Below are positions 12,401 through 25,682 of a stretch of DNA of 64,000 nucleotides, piece after piece. The translations under genes and the position numbers were made by a program. The DNA is from Cenococcum geophilum (taxonomy: Eukaryota): NCBI GenBank assembly GCA_050273025.1, contig CP158636.1:8866001-8930000 (forward strand), given 5' to 3'. Below the pieces are notes generated by a model that was not told the origin of the DNA, did no database searches, and was given only the letters and a program-made list of their open reading frames with translations. The number at the start of each line of letters is the position of its first letter. Positions within the stretch are counted from its first letter, which is position 1.

Positions 12401-13500
12401 AGTTAATCTACTAGCTAAGCTTACTACGTGGGTAGAGTAAAGAATAGTAAAGGGGGAGGTAAATAGGTAGCTACTTATTAATAAACTCTAAGCCTCCCTC
12501 CTTATTCTATAGTATAATCTAATAAATACCTTATATAGCTTATATAGAGGTAGGAATAAAAGTAGTAACCTTACTTATAGTAGGATAATTATATATATAT
12601 AGGGGTTAGTACTTATAGTTTCTATTATTCTAAATACGCTATATATTTATCTATAAATACTATATAAAAGGATTACTATTATATAGAACCTCCTAAATCG
12701 TCCTAAGAGTTGCTATATTTAGATTTTTAAATACTTAGCTATAGCGCTCAAGTTACTTATCCTCTCTATTAAATATATATAGTTATACGAATAAGGCATT
12801 ACGGCTAGTATAAAGATATAAGGATCTAATCTAGTAGTATAGCTACCTATAGGCTTAAAAGGTATAAATACTTTAAAGCTACTATATAAGCCGCTTATTA
12901 ATTATAGTGCTAAGGGATTAGAATATAAAGGAATTATTATAGTAGTAGATAGATTTATAGAATTCTTTTAATCTAGGCGTCCGCTATATATATATATTTA
13001 CGCCTTTTAATTCCGCTAGTAGCCGATAGAGATTATATAAGTAGTTTACCTACACGGGAACGTATATAGTACTATTAATATAGTAAGAGAAGCAGTAATT
13101 CTTTTTATAGATTTAATTTTTCTCTCCTCTAGCTGCTATAGGGCCTTATAGTAATTATACTTATATATAGCCCGCTCTATAATAAACTAATAATTAATAC
13201 CCTATAATAGAGGATCCCTTATAATATTTAGGCCTAGCTTATATATCTAACCTATATAAAATAGGGTGTAATAAAAGCCTATATCTAGTATAGAATATAA
13301 ACTAGGGTAGGTATTAGCAGTATTTAGGAATAGTAGCTATCTTTATATAGGAGAAAATTCTTCTTACTCTATCTATAGCCTACTAGTACATCTTTACTAG
13401 GAGTAGGGCGTAGCTAAAATCTACTAGGGTAGAGGAGGAGTAGGAGTAAAAGAAGGAGAAGAAGAAGAAGAAATAAGAGGATTATAAGAACTAGTAGAAA
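9410..13500 (-). mobile_element. Helitron Rep-helicase ORF relic (RIP-degraded, helicase C-terminus apparently missing)
   Basis: Minus-strand readings: N-terminal C..C.AL...EER...CC..G (~13060-13170); Y NNSF..SL...HGQ.YH-like (~12840-12960); PTDFITFT(C)N(P).(W) Rep motif (~11760-11800); PIF1-type LIF(WDE)...YAI(E)AV.RTL(Q)DL...PFGGI.V.F.(GD)F.(Q)TLP (~9795-9960); ILTPKN.AV..LN (~9440-9485). Confidence 0.8.
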
Positions 13501-14504
13501 TAGGGCGTAGCTCTATTTATTAACCGGTATACGCCTATATCCACTATAAGTTAGTATATATATATTAAAAGAATAAAGGAGAGTAAGAGACTTCTACTAA
13601 GCGGTAAAGTAGAAAGACCTAGTTGTAAATATATCTTCCTCCTACTAGGGTTAATCTATTAGCTATTATATAGGCTATTATAGAGGCTATAGCTACCTTT
13701 AAACGCGTACGTTTAGCTACTATAAATATCTTTATCTTTTTAAATTATAAGGTATACTTATAATAGAATTTGTATAAAGATTTTATAGGGCTTTATACTT
13801 TATATAGAGCTCTATATATAAACTTTCTTAACCCCTAAACTTTATACTACTCCTTTATAAAACTTAATAGCTCTATATAGCTATAGAGTATATAATTACT
13901 ACTCCTCTACAATAATGCGTTGCTTAAGGCTATAAAGTAGATATATAGTAGGTAGGGAGAGTCTTCTATAATTCTATAAAGCGATTTTTATAATATTAAT
14001 AAGGGTAAAAATATTACTATATAAATAGTGCGTAAAATATTAGAGTTAGTAGTTATTAGTTAAAGTTTTAGTTTAACTTATATTATAAAAAAAAAGATAA
14101 AGAATATTAAAATATACTTAGGTAAACTATATAAGGACTTTAGTACCATTTAAGAAAGTACTCTCTAAGAGCTTTATAGTAGGAAGGATATATTAGTAAA
14201 GAATATAGAAAAAGTAGAAGAAAATAGCGCTATATTAAGGCCTAGGCTAGTATATAAAAGGTAAAGAATATATATAAGAGGTTAATAAGGATAAGAATAA
14301 GAAAGAGAAAGAAAGTAAAGTATAAAAGAATACTAGAAAACTAACTACTATAATATAGTAATAGATAGACTAATACTAAAGAAATATATATAAAGTATAG
14401 GTAAAAAGAAAGTAAGTTATAGAATAGTAATACTATAGAGTAAAATTACTTATTATTATTATGATAAGATATTTAGTTACGCTATTATAGCTTTTATTAA
14501 GGTC

Positions 14505-17500
14505 TATATATATATATATATAAAACTATACTACTATTTAGAGCTAGGTAAAACCTTTCCTTCTACTATTATATAGCCTATATAGCCTCTCTTCTAATTA
14601 GTAACTATTAAGTATAAGTAGTTATCTCCTTAAGGCGCTATAGAAAAGCTATCTTAATATATACTCCTAAGTCCGTCTAATAGGGTATATAGCTATAGCC
14701 TAGGTTCCGTTCCTAGCTACTTTAGTTATTTAAATAGGGTATAGGCTAGCGGCCCGCAAGGCTAGTTATATAGAAGATTAGTAGTAAAGAGGTAGGTATA
14801 GAATAGATAGAATTATAGGGATTTAATATATACTATGTATACTACCGTCTATTTTATTATCTATAGCTTTATCTATATATAACGGCGCTAAGGCGCGTTA
14901 CCTACTAACTTCTACTAAATTTTACTATATCCTATAAATACTATAGGCCTAATAGAGCTACTACTTTTCCTTTTTACTCTTTTACTTTCTAGAATTAAGC
15001 TTCTCTATAGCCCCCCTCTCTTAAAGTACTTTTTAACCTCCTCTTTTTACCCTAGCTAGCTCCCTAGCTAGTAAGAGGTATAGTAGGAGGTTTATCTATA
15101 TAAACTAGTCCGCTACTACCTTAGTAGCCTTTAGCTTAGCTAGGAGCTCTCTATATAAGAATATTCTAGTATAGTAATATATTTTTGTCTAGCTAGCAAT
15201 ATACCAAAGGTAGAATACTGCTATATATATTATTAATTGTTAGTTATAGCCATATAGGTAGGCTAGAGTTAGGTATTCTAGTACTTTTATATAGTAGAGG
15301 TATCTATTAAGCCCTATATACTTAGTTCTAAGTAGTATATTAATTATACTCTTTACCTTTATAAGCCTTATATAGTAAGTAAGTATACTTTAGTACTTTT
15401 TATATTTCCTTTTCTACTACTTCTTAAATGCCTTTTATACCCTAGCCCTTCTACTCTTTATATACTATACTTTAGATAGGTTTACTAACTATATATCTAT
15501 TTCTAAGATAGTAGCCACTATCCTCTTAAGCTTATCTTATTTAATAGGCTATATTAGTAGCTTTATTCTAGGTTAGAGCTAGTAGGCTATTATAGCTTAT
15601 ATAGTATTATACTCTCTTTTAATATACTCTCTTACTAGCTCCTCCTATATTCTCTTTATATAGGCTATAGCTAGCTTTTTAAGTATATTTAGAGTGGTAA
15701 AAACCCTATCTTATACTTATGCACTACTATTAATATTAATTTATACGCCCCTATAATAGTATAGAGGTATAGGTTCTACGCTACGTTTAGCTAGTATAGC
15801 TTAGTTTTACTTATCTCCTTAGGCTTTATCTACTCTAGTAGTAAATACTAGGTACTATATCCGTGTAATATTACTAGCTATACTATAGTAGAGTATACTA
15901 TCCGCGCCTTTTAAAAGGAGGCGCTCTATATAAAGGCTATAAGCTAGGTTAGTACGGCTGTTTAGGTAATTATATTTACCTTAATAATATTAATATATAG
16001 TCCCTATTTAAGCTTTAAGTTAATATATACCCCTAGTACGCATAGGTTACTAACTAGTCCTTCTATAAAGCCATATATATTAACTATAGCCTTTATATTA
16101 AACTTCTTATGGCTTCTTATAAAGTAGATAAGGTAGTACTTTTTAAGGGTAAATACTACCCTATACTAGTGTGTTTATATTATATATACTTTATATACTA
16201 TTTCTAGGGCTCTATAGTTCTTCTCTATAGTTTTACTATATATTAGTATATTAAAGTTATTAATAAACCTAAACGCTATAGTAGTGCCCCCTTATAGCTC
16301 TAGTAGAAGCGTATAAGTAAAGAAGAGGAATAGGATTAGTAATAGCGCTAAGCCTTAGAGTATACTAGTATTTATCTATATTATTTATACTATATATCCT
16401 CTAATTAAGAGCGTTATTATTTAATCCTTAAGAAAGGACTTTATAAACTATACTATCTAGTAGGGTATAGCCTAGGCCTTTATATTATAGATTATTCTTT
16501 TATAAAAGACTTAGTTAAAGGCCCTAGAAATATTAAAGCTAAGTAATAAGGCTATTAGGCTTAAATTACTCCTCTATACTATATATACCTATTAGGTTAG
16601 TAGCTCTAGCGCTATTTATATTAAGCGCCCTAGCCTTACTACTATTTAACTAGCTAGTAGTATACCTATTTCTTTTATAATTCTAAATATCTAGCCGGCC
16701 CCTATTCTCTTAAGTAGTTTCCTAATAGTATTAAGTAGCGTAGTTAGCTAGTAGGCCTTTACTATAGTAAAGAACGGCTTTTATAGTTTTTAGAGAACTA
16801 TTATAATAGAGTTTTTAAACGGCTTTAGGTAATATCTAATTACTATATAGCTACTAAAGAGCTTAGCTAGTACTAGGGCTAGCTACTCTCTATATATCTT
16901 AAGGAATTAATTAGTAACCTTCTTTAGGCCTAGGGCCTTATTAGGGGTAAGCCCCCTTAAGGCTATAATAATATCCTTTTCCTTAACTACTTTATTTACT
17001 ATTTATAGCTCTAGGTATATAAAACCTAGTATATTACTAAGGTTCACCTCTATAAGTAGTAGAAAGAACTACTCTATAAAGATGGTAGCTATTTTTTATT
17101 ATTATAGTATAGGGTCTTCTCTCCTAGTCTACTAATAAAAGGGAACTATAGTAGGGCCTTTAGCTTCCTATCCGCTATATACGCCTATTTTACTATTCTT
17201 TATACTCCTTTAGGGTCTTTTATTAACTTCTTAATAGTATACCTCTATAGTTTATTAGCCTCTTACTACATTACCATTTTCTTCTTATTATATATAACTC
17301 TATAGTTAATCTAGTTAAGTATTAACTAAGAGGCCTTCTACGCCTAGAAGACTTATTAGGTTTTCTTTATCTTCTCTATATATTCCTTTAACTACACTTT
17401 AAAGGCTTATAGTAAGGGCTATACGCTAGGTACTATCTTTACTATAGTATTCTTAATTACCTAGTATATAGCCTCTACTAACGCGTCTAGTTCGTCTTTT

Positions 17501-20000
17501 ATATTATATAGAAAACTATATAAAGATTAGAGCTAGCTCTTTAGCTTACTCTATACTACCTTCTAATTAGCCTTCTTCTATAGCAGTTTCCTAGGTAGTA
17601 AAGGCCCCTTTAGCGCCTCTATATCTACTTCTATAGTAATAAAAAAGTAGCTATACTCTCTATACTAATAGTTCTACCTTTAACTTTATAGTAGTTTATT
17701 AGTAATCTAAGGGGAAATATATACTAGATTTAGCGTACTCTTTAATATACCCTTTACCTATATCTTTATATCTACCTTAGTAGCTAGGCTTAGGCTAGCT
17801 GCCGCTATAGTATAGATAAGGTTATCCGCTATATTATTGACGCTTATTACTACTATACCCTATTAAAAGGGCTAGTATAGATTAAAATCTCCTAATAGTA
17901 TATATTCTCCTTTAACTTTTAGTAGTTCTAGTAGTATATAAAGGCTACTATTTATCTATTAGGGGTTATAAATATTATAAATTTAAATAGTCCGCTTATG
18001 GCCCTCTAGCTTAATTATATATATATTTATTAAGTAGTATATAGAAGCCTACTTATTTATATAGAAATAGACTCTTATATTACTAACTCCCATATATACT
18101 AGATAGTAAGACTTTATAATATATATTATATTTCCTTAATCCTTCTACTATAGCTCTTAGATAGCTAGTATATCTAGCTAGGGGTTTACCTACTCTACCT
18201 CCTATAGGAGGTAGAGTAGTACGCTATTACTAGTATTACTAATATTATACTATATAATTATAAGTAGTTTTTAGTATCCTAATATAAGAGATTTATACTA
18301 CCCTCTAAGTTAGCTAAGTTAGTACCCTTTAGCGTTTGTTTACTCCCTTATAATATAGTTTTAAAGCCTTTAAATACCTCTTTTTAAATCTAGGCTTCTA
18401 CTTCTACTTTTATATTAAGCTTTATATTTAATAGAGGCTCCTAAGTTATTAGGACCCAAATTGGAGGGGTTTTTTTATAGCCTTTTCCTTCTTAATAATC
18501 TATAGCCGGCTAACCTATTAGGGGACCTTCTCTACCTATATAGTACTCTCCTATATAGCTATCTCCTTTAGCTTTCTTTTCTTAGTTTATTATAGGGCCT
18601 CTCTAGTAGTAATCTTATACTATAGTTATAACTACTATCCGCTTATATGCGCCTTATAGATACTAGCGTAGTATATTAGCGTAAAGGCTCTAATTACTAT
18701 AGCCTTCTCTTACTATATTTGCTTAACGCTATACGCCCTACTTTATACTTTATAGTCTATCTTATAGTTAATATACTTCTTAGTTAGGTCTCCTATACAC
18801 TCGCTAGTATTATATTACCTAGCGTAGTATCTATATCTAGCCTCTCTTCTATAGCTCTTAGCTATATAGTTAAAGCCCTAGTATTTAAAGTACTACATTA
18901 CTAGAAATGTCGTCTTATACCTTATAACTAGGTAGTAGCCTCCTTCTAGGAAGAGGCCCTAATTAAATAGTATATTTACTATCTCTTCTAACTATACGCC
19001 TATAATAAGCGATAATTTAATCTTTTTTCCCGTCTAGACTCTTTCTAGCCCTTTCTACGCTAGCCTTTCTACTATAAGCCCCGCTATAGTATATTCTACT
19101 TTATAATATCCTTTATTATCTACTTTACCCCTAGGCCCTAAATAGTCAGGCTTATAGGTACCGCGTAGACCTTTATCTACCCTATTTCTTATAGTAACCT
19201 ATCTTTTATATCTTTATCCATAACGTACACCCTAATATTACTACTCTATAACTTCTTTATAGCCCTATATTTTATAGGTATCTAGGGGTCCTATAGCTTA
19301 AAGCTTATATACTAAGGCTTAGCTATTCTACTTTAAGGTTTCCTTTTAGTTAGCAGCGTCGCCTATATGGATTATAATCTTATATACTTCTATAGGTTTA
19401 TAGGTAACTTATCTTATAGCTTAGGGTATTATAAGAATAGTAGTAGTAATATATAAATATAAAGCGGACCTATAAATACCGGTTTACTTTTTATAGCTAT
19501 TATTACGGCCCTTTAGAGGCGCTAATAGTATATTATTTCTAGGTTCCTTAAGCCTAGATAAGCTCTGCTAATATAATAAAGGCTACTTAAAGGGTTATAA
19601 TTATGGTTGTAAGGAAGGAGAATATAGTAGTATACTCTTTATCTATATTAAGAGATTATTTCTATAGTATCTACTAGGTTTATTTTATAGCTTATATAGT
19701 TTATAGAACGCGTTCTTAAAGGGCGCGCTATTTAATTAAGGTTATTAAGGTTAGGGGCTTATTTATTTATTATAATCTAGCTTTAGGGGCTATATACTAG
19801 AAAATACTATATATACCTCTACTAATACTAAATTAGGGTATATATTATTAATAGAAAGGGTTTTTATAGTTCTTTAAAGCTTATATAAACTCTATTAGGG
19901 TTATTTTAAAGGTTTCTTTATTAGGCAATTATATCGTAAGTTTATTACTATTAGGGTAATAGTAAAAAAGACTAAGTAGTATACTAGAGTTAGCAGTTAT
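14505..20000 (-). mobile_element. Tad-like LINE (ORF1 with CCHC knuckles; ORF2 with AP endonuclease, RT and probably RNase H), RIP-degraded
   Basis: KAY(RP)..LLNTI(G)KLL (~16700-16800); (G)I(PQ)G(S)AL(SP)ILFLFF (~16320-16365); GF(VDD) ~16260; Cys-knuckle remnants ~18750-18900; (TA)n tail at 14505-14521. The 5' boundary is approximate. Confidence 0.8.
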
Positions 20001-20399
20001 AAATAATTATATTATTAAGAAAATAAATAAAAAGTTTATATAGTAGCTTTAAAAGTAGTAAAAGAACTCTTTTACTATAGCTATATAGGCTATAGCTTAT
20101 ACTATTACTTTATAAGATACTATAAGGGCCTTAGAAATAATTCTTAATAGGTTATTATATAGTCTATATAAGTAGAGGATAAAAAAGAGCTAAATAGATT
20201 AAGTTGTAATATAATACTAAATAAAGATATTTTAAGGTTAATTAATAAGTAATTAGCTTCTAAAATGCTATAAAACATTAATATAAAGCCTTTTTTTTTA
20301 TCTAAAAATAAAGTTTTATACTATTTTAATACTATATAATACTATATAATAATACTTTACCTATAATTAGGTATTTAGTAGAATTTTAATATTCTAAAA

Positions 20400-22130
20400 T
20401 ATTATAACCCTATTGCTTGTATTTAATTACTATAGCTTTATATAAATAAAAGTTATTTAAAGAAATTTAAGACTTTTTATTAAGTAATTCTCTGAATTTT
20501 AAGAGACTACTTAGGCACTATAATCCTATATAAGTGCTATAAACCAGAGAGGTTTATTAGAATATTTAAGGAAATAAAAGAGGGTATTAAAATTCTTGAT
20601 AACCTCTAACGCTAGAGAAAGAAACTCTATTTTGTAGATTATATAGGAAAATCCTTTAGAAATCTTAGAAAATCTAAGACGTTCTTCTTAGAATAAACTA
20701 AGGTAATATATAATCAACTAAAAAGACAAAAAAACCCTATATTCTTAGTATAACCGAGAATATTAAGCTACTAATTGGAATTAGAATCTTCTAGAAATTT
20801 ATAAAGAGCTAGCAAGATTTATTAGTAAATTCTAAGAAAAATAAGCTATTTTACGTACCCAGTTAAAGACCACCCTTAAACTTAATTTTTAAAACCTTCT
20901 TTAAGGCAGCAACGCGCGCATCGTTAATATTAAGCATCTTATTAGAAAATCCGAGAAGTTAATTAATTTTACTTAGAAAATAAAAAATATTGGAAAAAAC
21001 GAGAATTAAATACCTTATTAACTAAAAAAACACTAAAAAAAATCTTAAAAAAAGAAAGAAGGCAAGATCTATGTCTGCTAAAGGCCTTAGGCATTCTTTT
21101 ATTTTTATTAAGATTGGAATTTCCCTAAAAAAAGTTAGTTTTATTAAAATATATAAGAAATAAACTAGATTTCTTACCTCCTAAAGCCCTTTCTTTGTAT
21201 ACTAAAGCTCCAGAATAGATTCCTAGGTAAAGTAAGAAATTATATTACTATTATCGGAATTTTTAATAATATACTTCGTAGTTATAGCCGTAAGGAAGTA
21301 TATCACGTTCCTTAGTACCATTAATCGCCTTTTTAGGCATACGCTAAAAAATATTAAATTAGTTATTTTTTGTCTAAAAAATAGCGAAAAACTTACTATA
21401 TTTTAGACGTAATAGGTATAGCATCTAGGATCTGCGTCCTTATGTCCTTAGAAACCAGCCCTAAAATGTTAGAAAAACTAAGAAAAAATGCAATCTTTCT
21501 TACCTTAACTTCTCCTTAAGGTCTTTGTCTTGTTGCTTTTAGATAGAATTAGCATATTCTTAGAGCTACTAAGAAAAAAAATACCTTTAAGGGCTTTTTT
21601 AATAACTATCTTTTCTTATATGCAGCCTTATTAGCAGTAGTAATTGCAGTAGCACTAGCAGATCTAATACCCAAAATTTAAAATAATTATTAAAAAAAAT
21701 AAGAAAAAATAAGAAAAAACAAAAAATAAAGAGAAAAAATATTAGTAAATAAAGCAATAGACTGTATATTAAATAATTCTTCCTAGTAAGAAAGGAAGCC
21801 TAAGATATTGGAAAATCCGATAATTAAGTAATTAATAGGGTAGAAAACCCAGAAATAAATTTCCTAAAAAGTTTTAAAAATTGGAAACGTTAATTTAAAG
21901 CTAATATGTTAAAATAACCGAGAAATTAATAAGCGGTATAACATAAAACTAAGAAATAAATTTCCCAAAAATTTTTGAAAATTTAAATTGTTAATTTAAA
22001 GCTAATATGTTAAAATAACTAAGAAACTGGTAAGCGGTATAATATAAAACCAAGAAAAGAAAAAATAGATCTTTATTAATTTAAAAATATAATTCCAGAG
22101 GCCTTTTTTTTCTAAAAATACATGAAAATT
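20400..22130 (-). pseudogene. RIP-degraded spliced gene of unknown function
   Basis: Coding-like runs on the minus strand (e.g. LLGFS.KML.I.DARVAALKKV..IKFKGGL); introns GTACGT...CTTGCTAG (~20810-20857) and GTAAGA...CTAAC...TTAG (~21126-21177). Mutation texture resembles 1-2300. Boundaries approximate. Confidence 0.5.
21850..22058. repeat. Tandem duplication, ~101-bp period
   Basis: TTAATTTAAAGCTAATATGTTAAAATAAC...AAGCGGTATAA occurs at 21890 and 21991. Confidence 0.85.
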
Positions 22131-22629
22131 ATATAACTTGAAAAATTACTTACTTAGGAGGCATGTTGGATGCTCTATAAGAGCTGTTAGATTGAAAATC
22201 TAGTATATAAGTTAGTTTATGACGTATATAGCTAATATAAAGCTCTAGCTTACTGGATATTCGCTCATTGATTGAGCGATGGGGTATTGAAGGTCGACGG
22301 GTCAATTGAGAGTGAAGATATCTTGGGCGCCAAGACCTCGCGTATGCTAGGCCGTTTCGGGTCTGGCGCCCCGACCGTCCGCGCCTGGACGGTTACCATC
22401 CGAGAAGAAGGTCGACTCGAGACTGGTATCTCTCTCCCACCTTTTCTAATGCCCTACTTTTACCCTAAATAACGTATTTTTAAAAATCTAATCGATTATA
22501 TAACTAAAGCTACTTTTTAAGAATATTTATATAAAAACCCTATAGTATAAAAGTAAGTTGTTAAAATTACAGGTAGAAAAACGTAAAGTGACTTTTTTAG
22601 GTCGACCCGTGAGATTTAAAGCGATGAGT

Positions 22630-22978
22630 TTGGATAAAGTGCGACCGACTGCCTATACCTAATATCCCATATAATATAGCTACAACGTCGTTATTTATTG
22701 CAATAGATAGAGAAGCTAAAGAGCTCCTACCTTATAGTATTTTTATAATAACTTAACGTTATAAAAGGGTCGAGGTACGGCAGTGAAAAAGGCAATTTTG
22801 GTGTATTTTTGATAAAATGCGACCGACTGCCCATATCTAATATTTTTTATAATATAGCCACGACGTCGTTATTTAGTGCAATAGATATAGAAGCTAAAGA
22901 GCTTCTATCTCATAGTATTTTTATAATAACTAGACGTTATAAAAGGGGCGAGATACGGCAGTGAAAAAGGTGATTTTG
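22630..22978. repeat. Tandem duplication, 178-bp period (possible subterminal repeat of a DNA element)
   Basis: TGCGACCGACTGCC...GAAGCTAAAGAGCT...TACGGCAGTGAAAAAGG occurs at 22640 and 22818. Confidence 0.9.
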
Positions 22979-23215
22979 ACGCTGTATTCCCAGAGCCTCG
23001 CCTGGGCGCGATTTTGTCGCAAAATCTTACATAGCTAACGGCTTTATATTTTAATAAAAATCTAATCGATTATAGAAGAGGCTAAGGTAACCTACTTTAT
23101 TAACTTATTAGATTAAATTAACGTTGTTAAGTAGTGAAGTATATGTAAGAAAGGGTCTCCCATACAAAATCGCGATAATTTAAGTCGAGCCTCACCAAAA
23201 CTCGCACCATAGGCC

Positions 23216-23329
23216 CTCAGACGGCAGGGCAGACTTAAGGCTAGTAGACAGCTGATTGGTTAAAAAGGAGTGACTAGTAACACTTTAGTATTAGTGAGTC
23301 GGCCTTAAGCTCTGCCCTTGCCGTCTGAG
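23216..23329. repeat. Short inverted repeat / MITE-like hairpin
   Basis: CTCAGACGGCAGGGCAGACTTAAGGC ... GCCTTAAGCTCTGCCCTTGCCGTCTGAG; ~26-bp imperfect arms. Confidence 0.75.
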
Positions 23330-23683
23330 TCGCTTACTGAGATAAGGGAGGCGTAAAGCTGCCGGCCACCACTACTTATCCACTCTCTACTCTCCCTGTT
23401 CGTTGCCCGGATGCCACTCGGACTAAATGCACACGTATATACGTTTCTCGTGGCGTCTGACAACAATGAATATGGCTATAATCTCTTCTACTACGTAGTA
23501 GTACCCGATGCCCAGGATTATGTGTTACTGTGTTTTTGAAAATATCGGGAACTCGCGCAGAGCCGCAACGTCGCACACCGCGCCCCACCAAAATTCGCAA
23601 TTCTTTCGATTTTTACCATCACCAACGCGCCCAAAAGGCTTATAATAAGGCTATTGTTCTTGCCTAATTAGATAATATATATA

Positions 23684-24067
23684 CAGCGATTGGTGTTAGC
23701 TTTTTTAGTCTCCAAATGGCAGCCGCTTTTGTGACTACTGTACCCTTTATCCCGCCATTAAGTAGTAATATATCCCGCCTCCTTAAAGTGCCCTCTTGTA
23801 TATGTGCCGCATATCTGCCTAATTGCGAAATATAGAAAGGCCTTAAAGCTTGCAAAGTTTTCTATAAGCCGGTGGTTCCTTTTGATCCATACCTTAATAT
23901 TATTAAACGTTGCCTCGATAGGATTAAAATCTGGCGAGTACGGTGGTAGGAACTTTAGTAGAACGCCATACTCCTTGTAGAGCTCTTGGAGTCGTGTTAA
24001 CTTATAAATAGACGCGTTATTAAGAATAAGAACTAATTATGGCCCTAGATATAGCGTATAGTAAGGG
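23684..24067 (-). mobile_element. Tc1/IS630-family DDE transposase 3' fragment, truncated by LTR insertion
   Basis: Minus strand reads VLIL(D)NASI(H)K...GVLLKFLPPYSPDFNPIEATF...RGHFKEAGY; candidate terminus TA|CAG at 23684. Confidence 0.85.
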
Positions 24068-25682
24068 TGTTAGCGACTCAGTCAATCGAGGCACGAGCAC
24101 GGCAAAAGGGTCGCGTAAGCCTGTACGATTGGATTGTCTATAAACGAGGATCCAAAGCTAGAGAAAGGAAAAGGGACGGAGGGCGGCGCCGCTCGACGTT
24201 ATATACAATCCTCTGATCACGTGACGGCAATTGTCTAAAACTGTGTGGAACTGTCTGCGACTGTCTGCGACTATCCGCCATAATCCACCAGTTTCCACCA
24301 GCGCTGTAACATTACCCCCCCTCCAAAAAAGCCTGCCCGCAGGCTTTGTACGTCCGTATTATGTCTATAGGGTATTCTTATCTTTATACTTAATAGGCAG
24401 CTTATTATCTTCGCTATTCTAGTACTTTATCTACTTATTAAAGTACTTTAGGGGTTTAGGTTTGTTAGGGTAATAACTATAAAACTTTTAAAGCTTATAG
24501 GGACTACCTATAAAGTTCTATATAGGGTACTAAGTGGGGTCTAGATTATACCCTTTCTAACTAATATAATATTCTAACGTTCTCCTTATAAGCTTATAGG
24601 CTAGTATTTCTTTAATTTCCTATTTATCGTTACCGTTAACTTAGATTAGTAGGGAAGGTTTATTCTTTAATTTAGGTAATAGGTTATTTATAGCTTTCCG
24701 TAGTTTATCTAGAGAGAAAATAGGGTAAACTTTAATTAAATCTAGGAGCTTTACTTTGTATAAGTTGCCTATCTTCTTAAAAACCATATACGGTCCTACT
24801 ATCTAATAGTCTAGCTTATAGCTAGGTCGTTCTGTTTTTTAGTTTTTTATTATAACCTAGACTATATCTCCTACAATAAAGTTAGGCTCTTGCCTATGCT
24901 TATTCGCCTGCTATTATATTAATTTTTAGGCCTTTTTTAGATTTATACGAGCTTCTATTTAAGCTTTTTTTAAGCGCTTGGCGTACTACAATGCTTTCTT
25001 ATACAATAGTTTTTTATATACAGTCTGGGGTCCTTTTAGTCTTTCCTAGTTAAAGCTTATATAGGGTAAGTAACCTATTTCTAGTTAAATAGGGGCAAAT
25101 CCTATAAAGTTGTGGGGTAGGGTTGCTTAGGTATAGTTTATTAGGGGTAGTAGTTTAGCCTAGTTATCTTAAAAGTAGTTAATAAAGGGCTAAAGTCTCT
25201 AATCTAAGTATTAATTTATAATTTCCGTCTAACTATCTATTTAGGGGTGGTATACTATAGAAAGCTTTAGCTTAATGCCTAAGATCTAGTTAAACTTATT
25301 CTAGAAAGCCAATATAAATTACGGCCTATAATTAAATATAATAGTATCTAGTAGTTTATAGATTTAGTAGACGTAGTAGATATATAGTTAGGCTGCTTCT
25401 TTAGCATTAATATTCTTATAATATAAGATTAAGAACGGGCGCTTACTAAAGTGGTTAACTAAAATTATAACTATATTATATCTGTTACGGTCTATAAATA
25501 GCTTATAAAAGTCTATAAAAATATACTACTAGGTGCGTTTTAGTATTAGGAGTGGTTTTAATAGCCTTAGGGTCTTATCTTGTAGGATTATAGATTTATA
25601 GTAGCTATCGCAGTTCCATATATAACAGTTAATATTTATAACTATTCTAGGCTAGTAGTAGCGGTTACTAATAATCTTATAA
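24068..25682 (-). mobile_element. Gypsy element A, 3' part: 3' LTR (24068-24311), PPT, chromodomain, integrase
   Basis: TGTTA...GTAACA LTR; adjacent C-run (PPT on minus strand); integrase remnants (YHP(Q).DG(Q)TE; GPY). Confidence 0.9.
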
